Assembly (NCBI GenBank): GCA_012295275.1
Contig: CM022669.1
Coordinates: forward strand, 11,222,001-11,286,000
Origin: Chrysomallon squamiferum
Taxonomy: Eukaryota > Animalia > Mollusca
Reading direction: 5' to 3'
DNA: 64,000 bases
Part shown: one piece after another, positions 26,503-39,730 of the stretch
Position numbering within the stretch: position 1 is the stretch's first letter
Layout of the letters: every line of letters starts with the position of its first letter
Notes under the pieces: model-generated
Seen by the model: only the letters and a program-made list of their open reading frames with translations
Database searches by the model: none
What the model was told of the DNA's origin: nothing
Position numbers and translations under genes: made by a program

Positions 26503-29500
26503 AATAATGACTGATGGGTATTTTTCAGAAAAAAATGTATTTTTTATAGGTATAATTATTTGATGCTAATGAAAAATTTATTTTTGTTTTTATGTTTTAA
26601 TGAGTTCAACCAAAATTAGGGAAATGTTTTCTGTGAGAAATTTAAACTGTAATAACTGACACTTTTCTTAATTATCATGGTTTGATATAAAAATAATTAA
26701 AAAGTGTTATCTGTTCTTGTTAGTGCAAGTGAAATTTACTGCCACTGTTAATGAAATCTACTGCGCATAAAAGTCTTCCAAAAATTATTTTAAAAATGTG
26801 TCTGTTGTTCTTGGTAACATTTTGTTGAATCTACTTTAAAAGAATCTTTCTAAAACAAACAAAAAATAAACTAAAAAGAGTATTCATGAAATTCATGTCA
26901 TTGCCACTGAAATAGCCAAAGTTCACGAACTGGTCTGTCATGATTTATAGAACTGTTTATCAAGTTATTTTTCCCACTGTCCTTATCACGGCCTTGCAAG
27001 TTCCTCCTCTTGTTCTAAATGTGTTTGTCATTGTTAATAAATTCTGTATCATGAAATCTCTACCACATTTCATGAAATACCCTATCACAATTCAAGAAAT
27101 GTCTGCTGCACGTCTATAAACTCAAAAACAATGTGCTAGAATTCTTGAAATCTGCCAAAAATTCTTGAAACCTCTGTCATGGTTCATGAATTTTATGCTA
27201 TGATTCCAGAAATCTCTACCACAGTTTATGAAAGCTCTGCTATTTCTCCTGATAGAAATGGCATTTAATCCTTATTAAAACAAAAATTCTTAAATTTTGG
27301 TGCTTTAAACACCAAGCATTAACTTAAATTATATTTAAAAAAAAAAAAAGACAGTAAAAAAAAAGGGATAAATATAGATCTTGCTGTTCTGATCATATGT
27401 TTCAGGCACTACATGATTAATTAAATAGTATGTTTCTTATGTATATCCTCAAAGTCCAATATGTAAGTAATTAATAAATAATGACTGTAAAATAATGTGT
27501 ACAAGATGGAGATATACTGGTAAATAATGAGTTATTTCCAAGTGATTAGGTTGAGAATCAAACAAAATAATCTATCCAAGACTGATCACTTGTTTGTGTG
27601 TAAACAGATGAGATGGATTGGGTGAATGGATCTTATCTGTGCGAATGTCAGCCCAGAAAACATTTTAATTCATAACATTTCCTTTGCTCACAGTGAGAAT
27701 GTGGAGAATGTAATAGAGTGCAGAATAATGTACTCTGAATTGTGTGGGTGTGTAGATATATCTTTTGTGTGTGTGTGTGTGTGTGTGTGTCTGTGTGTGT
27801 GTACATGTAAGAAATACATATATTTACATGTGTCTGACTCTTGTCTTTAAATACAGACATGTACGTAATCTTGTTAACTATGAAATATTATGACTGGAAC
27901 AAAACTATTTATAGGCTTCAACTCTGAAACAATCGTCCTGGAAGAAATACTTAAATAAAATTAGTTTTCTAAAACTGTCTCTCTTTTCAGAAAGAAGATA
28001 TCTTTTTCACTTGTTCATCAATTACCCAGAATCCTTAATCTAAAAAGAGAAGAAAAAACAGCTGCCTGGTGATGACTTAAGTTTACATTTCAAATAATCT
28101 TTAAATTCATCAAGACCTTTTACCAATTCCCTACAGATCTTTTTTTACCACTTTCTTCCAGACAGAAAGTAAAAAAACATATGTCCCTGTAACCAAAACA
28201 TGCATGCAAATCTTTTAAAATCAACTTTTCTTTAAGCAATCAATTCTTGGATGGTTAGATATTTCAGTTTTCACTTTAAAACACATTCTAGCAAGTATAT
28301 GTGTTTTTAACCATTCTTTAGATTACTGCTAATTTCAAAGTTATATGTAAATGTGTTTCCATACAACAATAATTTCTTTCAGTTTAATATTTCAAAATCC
28401 TCTTTAAAATATATACCACCTATAATATTAATGTTTTAAATATTTTTTAATTATTTCTAAAACCCATCCAAACTAAATTTTAATACAGGATGATATTTTG
28501 GTTACAAATGTTTCTCAAATTAAAATATGCTTTTAATTACCAAATATTTTCAAATTCTTCTTTAAAAAATACATTCTAGCAATAATGGTAGGCTTCAAAA
28601 TTTTGCTGTGAAACTGTATAGACTACTAAATATTTAAAATTCTTTTTAAGAGTGCAGTCCATTTATTTTAAATTATTCTCAATAAACATATTGTCCATTC
28701 AAAAATTCCTTAGCTTTATTTTGAATTCCTTTCTAAAATTCCTTTCTGAAATATGCTAAAACAAATATTTTATTTAAAATGTTTTATTACCCTTGACAAC
28801 AACTGATAATAATAAGACTGAGGCCTGAGTTATCTTTTATAGATAGACAGAGAAAAATAGATAACAATATTAAGTGTAAAAAGAGAGAATGAAGAAAAAA
28901 TAGAGAGCGACAGATATATTCAGAGGGAAAGACAGAGAGAGAGACACACAGACTGATAGAGAGATACTGAGGATGAAGAAAACTAATAAACAAAGCAGTA
29001 ATAGAAGAATAGTATGAAAATGATGAAGATAAAGTGAGACAAGTGAAGAATAATAGCAATGTGAAATATTTAGACCTGGATAAATTATTTAAATTATTAG
29101 ATTTTGTAAAAAAAAACACAAAAAAACCCACAAAAAACCCAAAAAAAACCAAAAAACAAACCTCTCTAAAATACTATAATTTGTCAATTTAAAAAAAACA
29201 AAAAAAACCTCATAATTTTAATTTATAAGTCTGGTATTTTCACTTCACACTGTAATTTATTTAAATTCTAACTAGTTTAATATCAATAAATTTTAAAAGG
29301 CAGTAATGAAATTTATAGTTAGTGACATTTTATAATCAATATAATAAACATATAACAGTGCCTAGAGTTTTATAATTTCAGATTTTATATTCTCATGTTT
29401 TATTAATTACTAACATTTAAAATATGTCAAAAACAATTTAAATAAAAACGGGGGGAAAAAAGTCCAGTTTAATTTCTATTCCAAGATGCAAATTTCATAA

Positions 29501-29896
29501 TTTTTTAATTACAAAACACATAATTATTCACATGTTACCAATTTCCGGATTCAGAAAAATAAATCCGTGCATTTATTCTGGTTCTGATTAAAACTTATTT
29601 TTATGTTGGTTGTTGACTTCCTGAAATTTAACTAAATTATTTCTTGTAATTAAGAAAATCTTTGAAGAAGGCTTTCAGGTACTTATTTGCCATATACCAC
29701 TGTCATAAATATGTGTAGTTTCAAAGATAAATAGTGTGTGTGTGTGTGTGTGTGTATTATATACTTACATATATAGAATTCTTCTTTTTGTGACATCTGT
29801 TTTGTTTTATCTGCTGTTATTTCTGCTTCATAAATTTATATTTTAAATTATGCTTAATAAAATATTGTTCATTAAGAAATTCCTTATATATATATA

Positions 29897-29935
<39 letters not shown>

Positions 29936-30204
29936 TGTGTTTTAACAAATTTAGTATCACTTTTTATCAAAGCTATTTTTTGCCAAAAACATATAAATAA
30001 ATAAATAAATTTAAAAAAAAAAGAACTGTATGCCAAACACTTAGTCTTAATTTTACATAAAGTAAGGATTCCTTTGATAATCTAGTTTAACTGAGAGCTA
30101 CTAAATTTTATTCTTCATAATTTTATCCCATACACATCAGACCAATATTTTTTTTTGTCAAAAACACAATCCAGTATTACATCATGTGAAAATCTAATTA
30201 TTTA

Positions 30205-30335
30205 CAAATATCAGCAAGATACCTTCTAAAGTCACTTCCCCATAAACCAGAAAAATCATTGAAATATCTCCTACACTCAGTTAGAATGGGAAAACTGATG
30301 AGAACTGATTGTACACTCTCACCACTGAACTACTG
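30205..30335 (-). mobile_element. Highly decayed, internally deleted SINE copy
   Basis: CAGCAAGATACCTTCTAAAGTCACTTCCCCATAAACCAG...GTTAGAATGGGAAAA...CTCTCACCACTGAACTAC resembles the reverse-complement core and head. Confidence 0.4.
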
Positions 30336-31835
30336 AGTTTCATTTTGTTTCTGTTTTATGATGAAAAAAAAAAAAAAAAAAAAGGACATTATCTTCTTAC
30401 ACTTCCTTGTTCTTCTCTTTCAGAATGAAGTAAAACCCTCCAAAGAAGAAAATCGTTTTAATAAATGAGCCTCTTTCTGTGTCCGACCTTGAACTTCTGT
30501 TATGTGAGGGCTTTGGAAATGACAATCAACAGTTCTTGAAAGTTGTCTTTGGAGAAAACATCAAATATCTGTTATTACACAGAGTAATCAGCAGTGATTG
30601 TCTGTTATGTAGGGATGCTGAATATTCATAAACACCACAGGGAGAAGTCACAGAAGTTCAAGGAACTCTGAGGATGTGTTTAAGTGGTGCAAGTTATAAG
30701 CAAGATTGTAAGATTTTAATTTCAGTTTTTAAGCAATTGTTTATGTTGCATTTATCTTCAGTTTGACTGTTTTGTATGTGTATATATGGATGGATGGATG
30801 AATGAATGTTTGTATGCATATATGTATGTTTTTATGTATTGATCAGTGTATGTGTGTGTGTATGTATGTATGTGTGTCTGTGTGTGTATGTATGTAGGTA
30901 GGTTTGTTATATTTGCGTGTGTATGTGCATAAAATATGTATGTACTTTAACTGTACTTTTGTATAAAAATTTCTAAAATACATTAAAACAAATGGATAAT
31001 AAAAAATTTGATATTTTTTACTTTCATGCACTGAAAAATGATCAACTTCTTCCTTTTTCTTTCTCAGACAGCAGCCATAAAGTGATGATGACATTATAAC
31101 TTAATAAATGTCTGTTAAAATACCCTTCTATCATCATCAAAATAAAAAAGCCATATAAATGAATAACTGACTTAATTTATGGTTAAATTAATTTATTTTT
31201 TTTCAATTTAATTTCACTCTCAGGTTAACAGATACTGAAAACCATTAAAGCATGAGTTTTTTAAATGAAATTTTACGCATAAATTTTAAAATGTTTCTAA
31301 ATGCAAAAATTGTTTAGTTTAAAATTATATGTATTCAATAAAGAAATGAATGGTATTGTAAATAGTATGTTACATATAATGATAGTATTACAAAACAGAT
31401 CTGTATAAGCAGTTTCATGTATTATAAGTTTACAGTATTATATATATGTATTTGTATGTTGTATTAAAAACCAGTGTGGATGTGTCAAATTTAAAAAATC
31501 TAAAATATTAAGTTTTAAAAACCAGAGCAAATGTAAGTTTACAATGTTAAAATAGGGTATATATCACTATATCTTACAAGTTTAAAATGTTAGAAACCAG
31601 GATGTATGTGTATATAAGTTTAAAATGTTAAAAAACCAGGGTGTGTATGTTACAAATCACTAGAAATAGGTGTATACAAGCAAAAAGACATAAAGAATAG
31701 GTGTATGTAAATATTTGACATTACAAAAAGCCGTTTGTGTGTGTGTGTGAGACTGTGTGTGCATATACATATAATATAGACATAGATATTACAAAAAGGT
31801 GTATATATATATTTTTATAGGTGTACAAGACTTAC

Positions 31836-31926
31836 CTTCAAGCAGGGCCATCATTAGGATTTGCACAGCAACTAATAATCCCACACGAAGGTTCTGCACA
31901 GCTGAGTGTTGGCAGCACCACGGCAT
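31836..31926 (-). CDS. Candidate first coding exon with a signal-peptide-like sequence, MPWCCQHSAVQNLRVGLLVAVQILMMALLE + 1 nt (phase 1), of an unidentified secreted or membrane protein
   Basis: ATG at 31926, 91 nt open, basic residue followed by a hydrophobic stretch, perfect donor GAAG|GTAAGTC at 31836/31835, GC content above the flanks, and downstream of a CpG-retaining region. Probable acceptor TTTCACAG| near 32125. Not in the ORF track because it is short. No homolog recognised. Confidence 0.55.
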
Positions 31927-32354
31927 CGTGGCTAATCCATGACGTATCTACATAGTGTGTCAAGTCAAACGCAGGGAGCACCTCAATAATCCATTCTGAC
32001 ATCCAGGTATCTGTCTGTCTGTCTGTCTGTGTCTGTGAGAACGTCAGCAGTCTGGTTGCCAGTAACATAAATCGTTACATTCTTAACGTCCCTCTAGCAA
32101 ATCATGACGATTTAATTGAAGTTGTCTGTGAAATATCCAGGTATCATTTCAGAAAGCAGAGTTTTATTTGTTTTATTGGGAGGTTTTTTTTTTTTGTTGT
32201 TGCTAAAATTGTGTATGTAGTATATGTGTATGATATGATATAGGCTGTTGTAAGAGTCTAATGTAGAATCAGTGAAACTTTAATAAAAGTTTAACCAACC
32301 TGAAAAACTGCTTTAGTCTATCCAGGAAGATGAAATAAAGGTTTTGACTTTAAT

Positions 32355-32728
32355 TAACAGTGTTTCACTTTATCCAGATAAGCTAATTTCTCTGTTTCAC
32401 AACACTGTTACTCTTTGTCCAGACACATTAGTATATCTGTTTCACAACTCTGTTTCATTTTATTCTTGCAGATTAACTAACACTGTTTCACGTTACCCAG
32501 ACAAATTACTTTTATTTCCCTGCATCCAGACAGATTAGTTTCAGTGTTTCACATTATCCAAAGAGATTACTTTATCAGTATCACAATACTGTTTCACTTT
32601 ATCCAGATGGATTAGTTTAACTGTTAACTTTATCCAGACAGATTAGTTTAACTGTTTCACATTACTTCATCAGTTCCACAATACTGTTTCACTTTATCCA
32701 GAAGGATTAGTTTAACTGTTTCACTTTA
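32355..32728. repeat. Degenerate ~30-bp minisatellite (ACTGTTTCACTTTATCCAGA.AGATTAGTT)
   Basis: TGTTTCAC...TATCCAGA motifs recur; the array fills much of the putative first intron. Confidence 0.8.
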
Positions 32729-32729
32729 C

Positions 32730-33270
32730 CTGAGGTATTAACTGCGTTGTTTCACTTTTACCCAGATTTCAACAAAAGTGTTTCAGTGGAGTCAAACAGC
32801 TTGTTTGAAAACAGGACTTCGAGTGACAGACTGACTCCAGGCTGATCACAGACCCTGCTGGAATTACTTCTGATCAGACACTTGTCGAGACGATAAAGCA
32901 TGAGCCTACATACATCTTTCGTTGTTTACACACGTAGGGTTAATTATATCTATCACTGCAGAAGACTCTCGTACGGTGGTCAGACCCATCTCTCGCCGCT
33001 GTCACATACAGGATGCATCGGCAATTGCTGCAGTAACAAATTGGTTTGAAAAAACTGCGTGCCTTTCCGTTGGATGTGGCTGAGATGGTTTTCTTTCGTA
33101 ATTCCGCTTGTTGATGTTGTGTGTTTCCGATCCACTGCGACGGATTACTGCACAGAACACAGAAGAGCTCTCAGTGTTCTCCAATCTCGTAACGATACTT
33201 CGCCGAAAAGTCACACTCGCAGAATTAAGTGTAAGAGACTATGACTCCACAGTATTATAAAAGACAGTAT
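32730..33270 (-). promoter_or_regulatory. CpG-retaining candidate promoter and non-coding 5' exon
   Basis: Many CpGs, TATA-like TTTTATAAT on the minus strand at ~33262-33254, and donor CAG|GTAAAG at 32730/32729. Function is inferred. Confidence 0.45.
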
Positions 33271-34224
33271 TTGCTGCTTTTTTTTTTTTTTTTGCCTTTC
33301 TTTCTTCAAAAGATTAATGTTAGCATTGTCAGAGCGACTGCATTAAGAATGAAGTGGATGATTTCCACGCGATGTGAGACAAATATTTCAAAGTTTAACA
33401 CCGACTGCCCACTTGAATGAAAACTGCATTTATCTGTGCAAATCAGAAATTGCTTTTTAGAAAATAGTAGCTGAGACCGTGGTACAGTAATCTTCTGCCA
33501 CGGAATGTGATAATAATTAAATTAATGACTCTTATCCTTTATAAATGAACATTACAAAGATGTTTTATTTAAAAAAAAAAAAAAAGAAGAAGAAGAAATT
33601 AGTAAAATGTTAAATGTATTTTAAGATTAAGTGTGATTTTTGGATAATTTACTGTTGCAAAAATAAATCTGTTTCAGTAAAACTTAGTAAAAAAATTAAA
33701 AAATTATTTTTGAAAAAGTAGATTTAGTTATGAAATATTATATACCAGTTAAATAAATAAAATAATAAATAAATAAAATAATACCACTGCTATTACCTCT
33801 ACTCCTACTATGGTTATTACTACTTCTCTATTACAACTACTGCTGCTTCTACCATAGCAACTACTACTATTTCTACAATATTTTTTTTAAATGTTTTGTA
33901 TCTTAAATATATTATCATTAATTATTCTGTTTAACATGGCAAAATATTAAAGAAATGATATTTGTATACCCATACATACATACATAAATACATACATACG
34001 TTTGTGTGTTTTTGTGTGTGTGTGTCAATTATGTTTCCTTTGTTATTTTAATTAAGAATTTTGAATATAACTTGATAAAATTTCAAAATAATTATATTAA
34101 TCCTGTTTATTAATAATTATTTAATCTAACGATATTCTAATTTGTCAGAAATACTAGAACATACATCAAATTCGATTGCTATATTTAGCTATATTTATTA
34201 TAACAAAATTTTAAAACAATGATA

Positions 34225-34930
34225 TAAACCTGTTTTTACTTTAAGTACTATATTTATCATATATTCTTCTACATAACAATGTTCTAACTTAACCTTTCAA
34301 AAAATGCATTATTTTTCCCTTAATTAATCTATTTATTATAAGTTATTTTACAGCATGACATTCTGTCTAACTTAACCTTTCTACATAAATCTTTCTTTTA
34401 CCTTTATTACTATATTTATCATAAATTATTTTATATAATTCTGTCTAACTTTATCTTCCACAATAAATCTTGTTTTTAACTTGCTATATTTATTGTAAAT
34501 TATTTCACAAAATAATGCTCTCTCTAACCTATCTACATAAATCCTAGTTTTATCTTAACTGCTACTTTTATCATGAACAATTTTATAAAATGATGTCCTC
34601 TCAAACTTTTTTTTTTTCACCTTGCTATTTTTCATATTTATTATAAATCATGTTACAAAATGTTATTCTCTCTAACTTTATCCTTCTAAATAAACATTCT
34701 TTTTACATGAATTGCTATATATATATATCACAAAATAATTTTACATAATGACATTCAGATTTCATCTTCCTATATAAAACTGAAAGTACTCATTTTAATA
34801 TTAATTGCTCTGCTCATAATCAATTATTTTACAGAATTATCTTCTCTAACTTGAACTTTCTAAATAATTCTTGTTTTTACCTTGCTATATTTACCATAAA
34901 GTATTTTTCAAAACGATTTTACCAAACAAC
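34225..34930. repeat. Old degenerate tandem repeat of ~70-80 bp
   Basis: Recurrent CTATATTTATCAT...TCTAACTT..CCTTC..CATAAATC.TGTTTTTAC. Confidence 0.7.
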
Positions 34931-35389
34931 GTTAACCCTTCCATACATTTACCTTGATTTTTCTCCTTAATTATTACACCTTATCTGTTCTTATCTAATC
35001 CAATTATATACATCATATCTCTCTTGATCTTTCTATCAAGACATACAACAATTCTCTACCTTTTAACACAGACAGGCGAGAGAATCCGATCTATCCTAAA
35101 ACTGCACGAAACGGTTGGTGTTATTTTAACGAGATTGCAGGAAGTCTGATTATATGATTTATTGGTGTTTAACACCTTATCTCTGTCTAAGATAAACCAC
35201 CAGTCATTACTGCATTCAGAAAATCACACAGTGTGTCTGCAATCTTCAGGTGTTCAATTAAAGAAATCTTCTGCATGCAGGCTGACATTAAGAAACAATA
35301 GCTGTCACTTTTCCACCATATATAGGTTTCCTACAGGGATTCTCACCAGACAGTGGTTGTCAGTTTTATAGTGGGTTCCATTCCAATCT

Positions 35390-37366
35390 AAAGCTTTAAA
35401 TGCCACCATTCCTCATATTATAAAATGAAAGAGTTTATGTAAACAGGGTTTGTCTGACATTCTAACATGTAAGGCTTATATCAGCTTTCAGCTTGCATTT
35501 CATTCTAAGACTTTATGTGCCCAAATTTCTTTATTTTCTAAAATGTAGTTTTATATACCAGCATTTTTTCACATTCTGAAGTAAGGGTTTAGATATCAGC
35601 ATTCTTCATATTCTAAAGAGTAAAGCTTTTTATACTGTCATTCATAATATTCTAAAATGCAAGGCTTGACATACCAATTTTCATCATGTATTTCATTTTA
35701 AGACTTATTATGTCAGGATTCCTGTCATATTCTAAAATGTAAGGCTTGATATATCAGCATTCTTCATATTCTAAAGTAAGGGTTTAGATATCAGCATTCT
35801 TCATATTCTAAAATGTAAGGCTTTATATACTGACTTTCTTCCTCCATTTCATTCTAAAACTTTACATACTACCATTCTTCATAATATTTATTCCAAGATA
35901 AAAGATTTTATATAAATAGCATTCTTCTTATATTCTAAAATGTATAGCTTTTTATACCAGCATTCATCATATTCTAAAATGTAAGGCTTGATATACCAAC
36001 TTTGACTTTGCATTTCATTTTAAGACTTTATATGCCAGGATTCCTCTTATATTCTAAAGTAAGTCTGTATATATCAGCATTCCATGATTTCTAAAGTATA
36101 AGATTTTATATACTAGCATACATCACATTCTGAAGTGTAAGGCTTTATACAGCAATATTCCTGTGCATTTCTTTCTCAGGCTTTACAAATCAGCATTCAT
36201 CATATTTTAAAATGTCAGTTTTTTTCTTATTATTTTAAATTAAGTTTTTATATATCTAAAATGTAAGGCTTTCTAAATATACCAGCATTACTCTTATATC
36301 CTAAACTAAGTCTCTATATCAGCATTCCTCTTATATCCTAAAGTCAATCTTTATATTGACATTCCTCTTACATTCTAAAATAAGTCTTTATATTGGCATT
36401 CCTCTTAATTCTAAAATAAGTCTTTATATTGACATTCCTCTTACATTCTAAAATAAGTCTTTATATCAGCATTCCTCTTGCATTCTAACATAAGTCTTTA
36501 TATCGGCATTCCTCTTACATTCTAAAGTAAGTCTTTATATCGGCATTCCTCTTACATTCTAAAGTAAGTCTTTATATCGGCATTCCTCTTACATTCTAAC
36601 ATAAGTCTTTATATCGGCATTCCTCTTACATTCTAACATAAGTCTTTATATCGGCATTCCTCTTAATTCTAAAATAAGTCTTTATATCAGCATTCCTCTT
36701 GCATTCTAAAATAAGTCTTTATATCAGCATTCCTCTTAATTCTAAAATAAGTCTTTATATTGACATTCCTCTTACATTCTAAAATAAGTCTTTATATCAG
36801 CATTCCTCTTAATTCTAAAGTAAGTCTTTATATCAGCATTCCTCTTACATTTCCTCTTACAAAGCATTCCTCTTAATTCTAAAATAAGTCTTTATATCAG
36901 CATTCCTCTTGCATTCTAAAATAAGTCTTTATATCAGCATTCCTCTTAATTCTAAAATAAGTCTTTATATTGACATTCATTCTCTTTATATAGCATTTCT
37001 AAAAATAAGTCTTTATATCAGCATTCCTCTTACATTCTAAAGAAAGTCTTTATATCGGCATTCCTCTTAATTCTAAAATAAGTCTTTATATCAGCATTCC
37101 TCTTAATTCTAAAATAAGTCTTTATATTGACATTCCTCTTACATTCTAAAATAAGTCTTTATATTGACATTCCTCTTAATTCTAAAGTAAGTCTTTATAT
37201 CGGCATTCCTCTTACATTCTAAAATAAGTCTTTATATCGGCATTCCTCTTAATTCTAAAGTAAGTCTTTATATCAGCATTCCTCTTACATTCTAAAATAA
37301 ATCTTTATATTGACATTCCTCTTACATTCTAACATAAGTCTTTATATCAGGCATTCCTCTTGCATT
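35390..37366. repeat. ~2-kb minisatellite, 36-37-bp unit CATTCCTCTTACATTCTAAAATAAGTCTTTATATCGG
   Basis: Homogeneous at ~36290-37366 and progressively degenerate at 35390-36290. Confidence 0.95.
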
Positions 37367-37718
37367 CAGTAATTGCTGTGCAGCCATCATATGGATTTGC
37401 TGACATCCCTGACTGCTGTCTCAGAATTAAACACTTGCTTTTATAAGGTGATCATTGATCAGGTCCAAGTCTGTTAGCAGGTATTAACTGACAGATCCAT
37501 TCACACGGAGATTAAACAAAACCGTTATTACTTTGTCCTCCGTTCATGTGAACATAATTCCTACAAATGAAGACGTTTCACTTGTATCCTTCAGTAGCTT
37601 ATTTTTTTTTTCTTTTCAAAGTTTTTAATCATCTAATTCAGTCTTCTATTCATATCTTTTACAAAAAAAAAAATTTAAGCATTTTTCACAATTCCTTTTA
37701 TATTATTTCTTTCAAAAA

Positions 37719-37749
<31 letters not shown>

Positions 37750-38619
37750 ACATCAGCAGATATTTGGGTTATTTCTTTAGATAAATATTGATTCTATTTT
37801 TCATTTATTGTAAAACTGTTTACCAGAGTCTACTGTATCAAGGCACATCTGACTGTCGTTCTCTCCTGGGCTGTTTGAGAAGTTTTTTCTTTCCTCGTTT
37901 GTTAATATTTTATATTTCTGAGTGGTCTATCAAGCTGTAACTTCCACTGAGTAGATTAAGCCGGTTTGAATAATTAAAGCACAGTGAAACGTCACTGATA
38001 GCAATTGAAAACAGGAATTGTTTTCTATTTTTTGTTTTTTGAAATTATTTCATTGATTGGTCACATAACATGGTTGATTATTCCGTGTTGTTAGATGTAA
38101 GAAAGATTCTGTGTCAGAATCAATTTAAATAACCATCTGCCTTCCCTGTCCCTCCCCTTAATACTAAATTCCATCTAAACGCATCTAACTCTGTTTTATA
38201 TTGTATCTTGCATCTTTACCTCATTCACATTTAATATAAAATCTTAAAGGTAAAATAATTTTCATATTATTTTATTGATTAATTTATTTATTTAATAATA
38301 ATAATATTATTATTATTATAATTATTATTAATTTTTTTTTTCAAGAATTTATGTTATTTCTTCTTTAAATTGTTTTTACTAAAACTAAAAGATAAAGTTT
38401 ATAAAATTATTAACTATTTATTCAAGCAGTTTATATTTTTATTTTATTTTAAAACTTTAGATCATAATAATTATATTAATACTAGTTAATTTATCAATTA
38501 TTTTCAAAACTGTACAAACCTGTTCACCAATTCGGTATTAAAAATCCTTTTTTATTCTTCAACAAAACAATACATTTTTTTTTTTTTAAACCTCCGATAT
38601 TCCACTGACTGGTACAAAA

Positions 38620-39450
38620 ACTTTTCAACTTCTTATTTCATCAAACTGAGAAGCGCTGGTTGTCTTCAGTCTGGAGAAGAAACACGAAACAGGAGCCGAC
38701 GCCTGCTTTGTCCGTCCTCTCAGAACACACGTACTGCCGCACGATCGTACACTGATCAATGAAACGGGCACATCGCAACACGAAGTGAGCAATTCCACGC
38801 GAGACAATGACCGCTCTTTAATTGATGTTAAATACGACCAATCGGCTTGCACTCTCCTCGTATGGACATTCCCCGATGAGAAAGGAAGAATCGTGGCAAT
38901 ACAAAAAAAAAAGAAGTTTGGAGATCGATACTGCGTTATTGATCTGTGTCTCGATTGATTAGCCACTCTCTCCTAAATTTGTGCCTAACCGGTGACTTTC
39001 TGCTCTTTGCTGCGCGCGACTGAACGGGTCCTGCTATCGGCCCGCGATCTGCCGCTTATGTCCCTGGCGATTCAAGTGACTCTCAGGCCATTTCTGTTAA
39101 CCGTTAGTCACTTAGCGGTGTGCATCATTTACTTTGCATTGAATAGCTTCGCTGGCTCTTTTAGTGCCCAATTTACAATCGACAGTTGTCACAAATACCG
39201 CTGACTGACTGACACGTTTTAAGTGTTTCGGTGGACAACAGGCTATGTAGTCGTGTGTGTGTGTGTGTGTGTGTGTTAGCTTTATCGCACTTTCGGCGAT
39301 CGTCGTTCGTTGCCGGTATCGTCGCTTAATGAATTAGGATAATTGATGTAAAGTTAATTAATTTACAAGCTGATGAAATGGCTTGTGATTACAGCAGATG
39401 TTCAAGGCAAAGATCGTCCTTAGGGAATTCAGACATCGTCCGTGTTGATA
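38620..39450. promoter_or_regulatory. Strongest CpG/GC-rich island in the window; candidate promoter, probably minus-strand
   Basis: Dense CpGs (e.g. GCGCGCGAC, CGGCCCGCG, CGTCGTTCG) and Inr-like TCAGTC on the minus strand at 39023-39018 and 39212-39203. No ATG-initiated long ORF. Confidence 0.6.
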
Positions 39451-39653
39451 ATAGTTAACGTGTTTTTAATTAGAGCATGAGTGAAATCATATTAATTATA
39501 ACGTACGTTTTTATTTGTGTAAGTTTTATTGTTGTTTGTTTTCTAACCAAAATTAAAACATTATCGATGAATAGACATTAAAATAGTGAATTAAAACAAA
39601 ATAAAATTATTGATTTTTGTTATTCTGAGTGATTTTAAATTCTGTTTTTCCAC

Positions 39654-39656
<3 letters not shown>

Positions 39657-39726
<70 letters not shown>
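39657..39726. repeat. (CT)n microsatellite
   Basis: Direct. Confidence 0.95.

Positions 39727-39730
<4 letters not shown>

Noticed and set aside
35390-37366. 36-37-bp repeats as a possible CRISPR array
   Set aside because: Units are contiguous with no unique spacers, there are no cas genes, and the context is eukaryotic.
38625-38966. 113-aa minus-strand ORF in the CpG island
   Set aside because: It starts at GTG, has no recognisable motif, and its length is explained by local GC richness.
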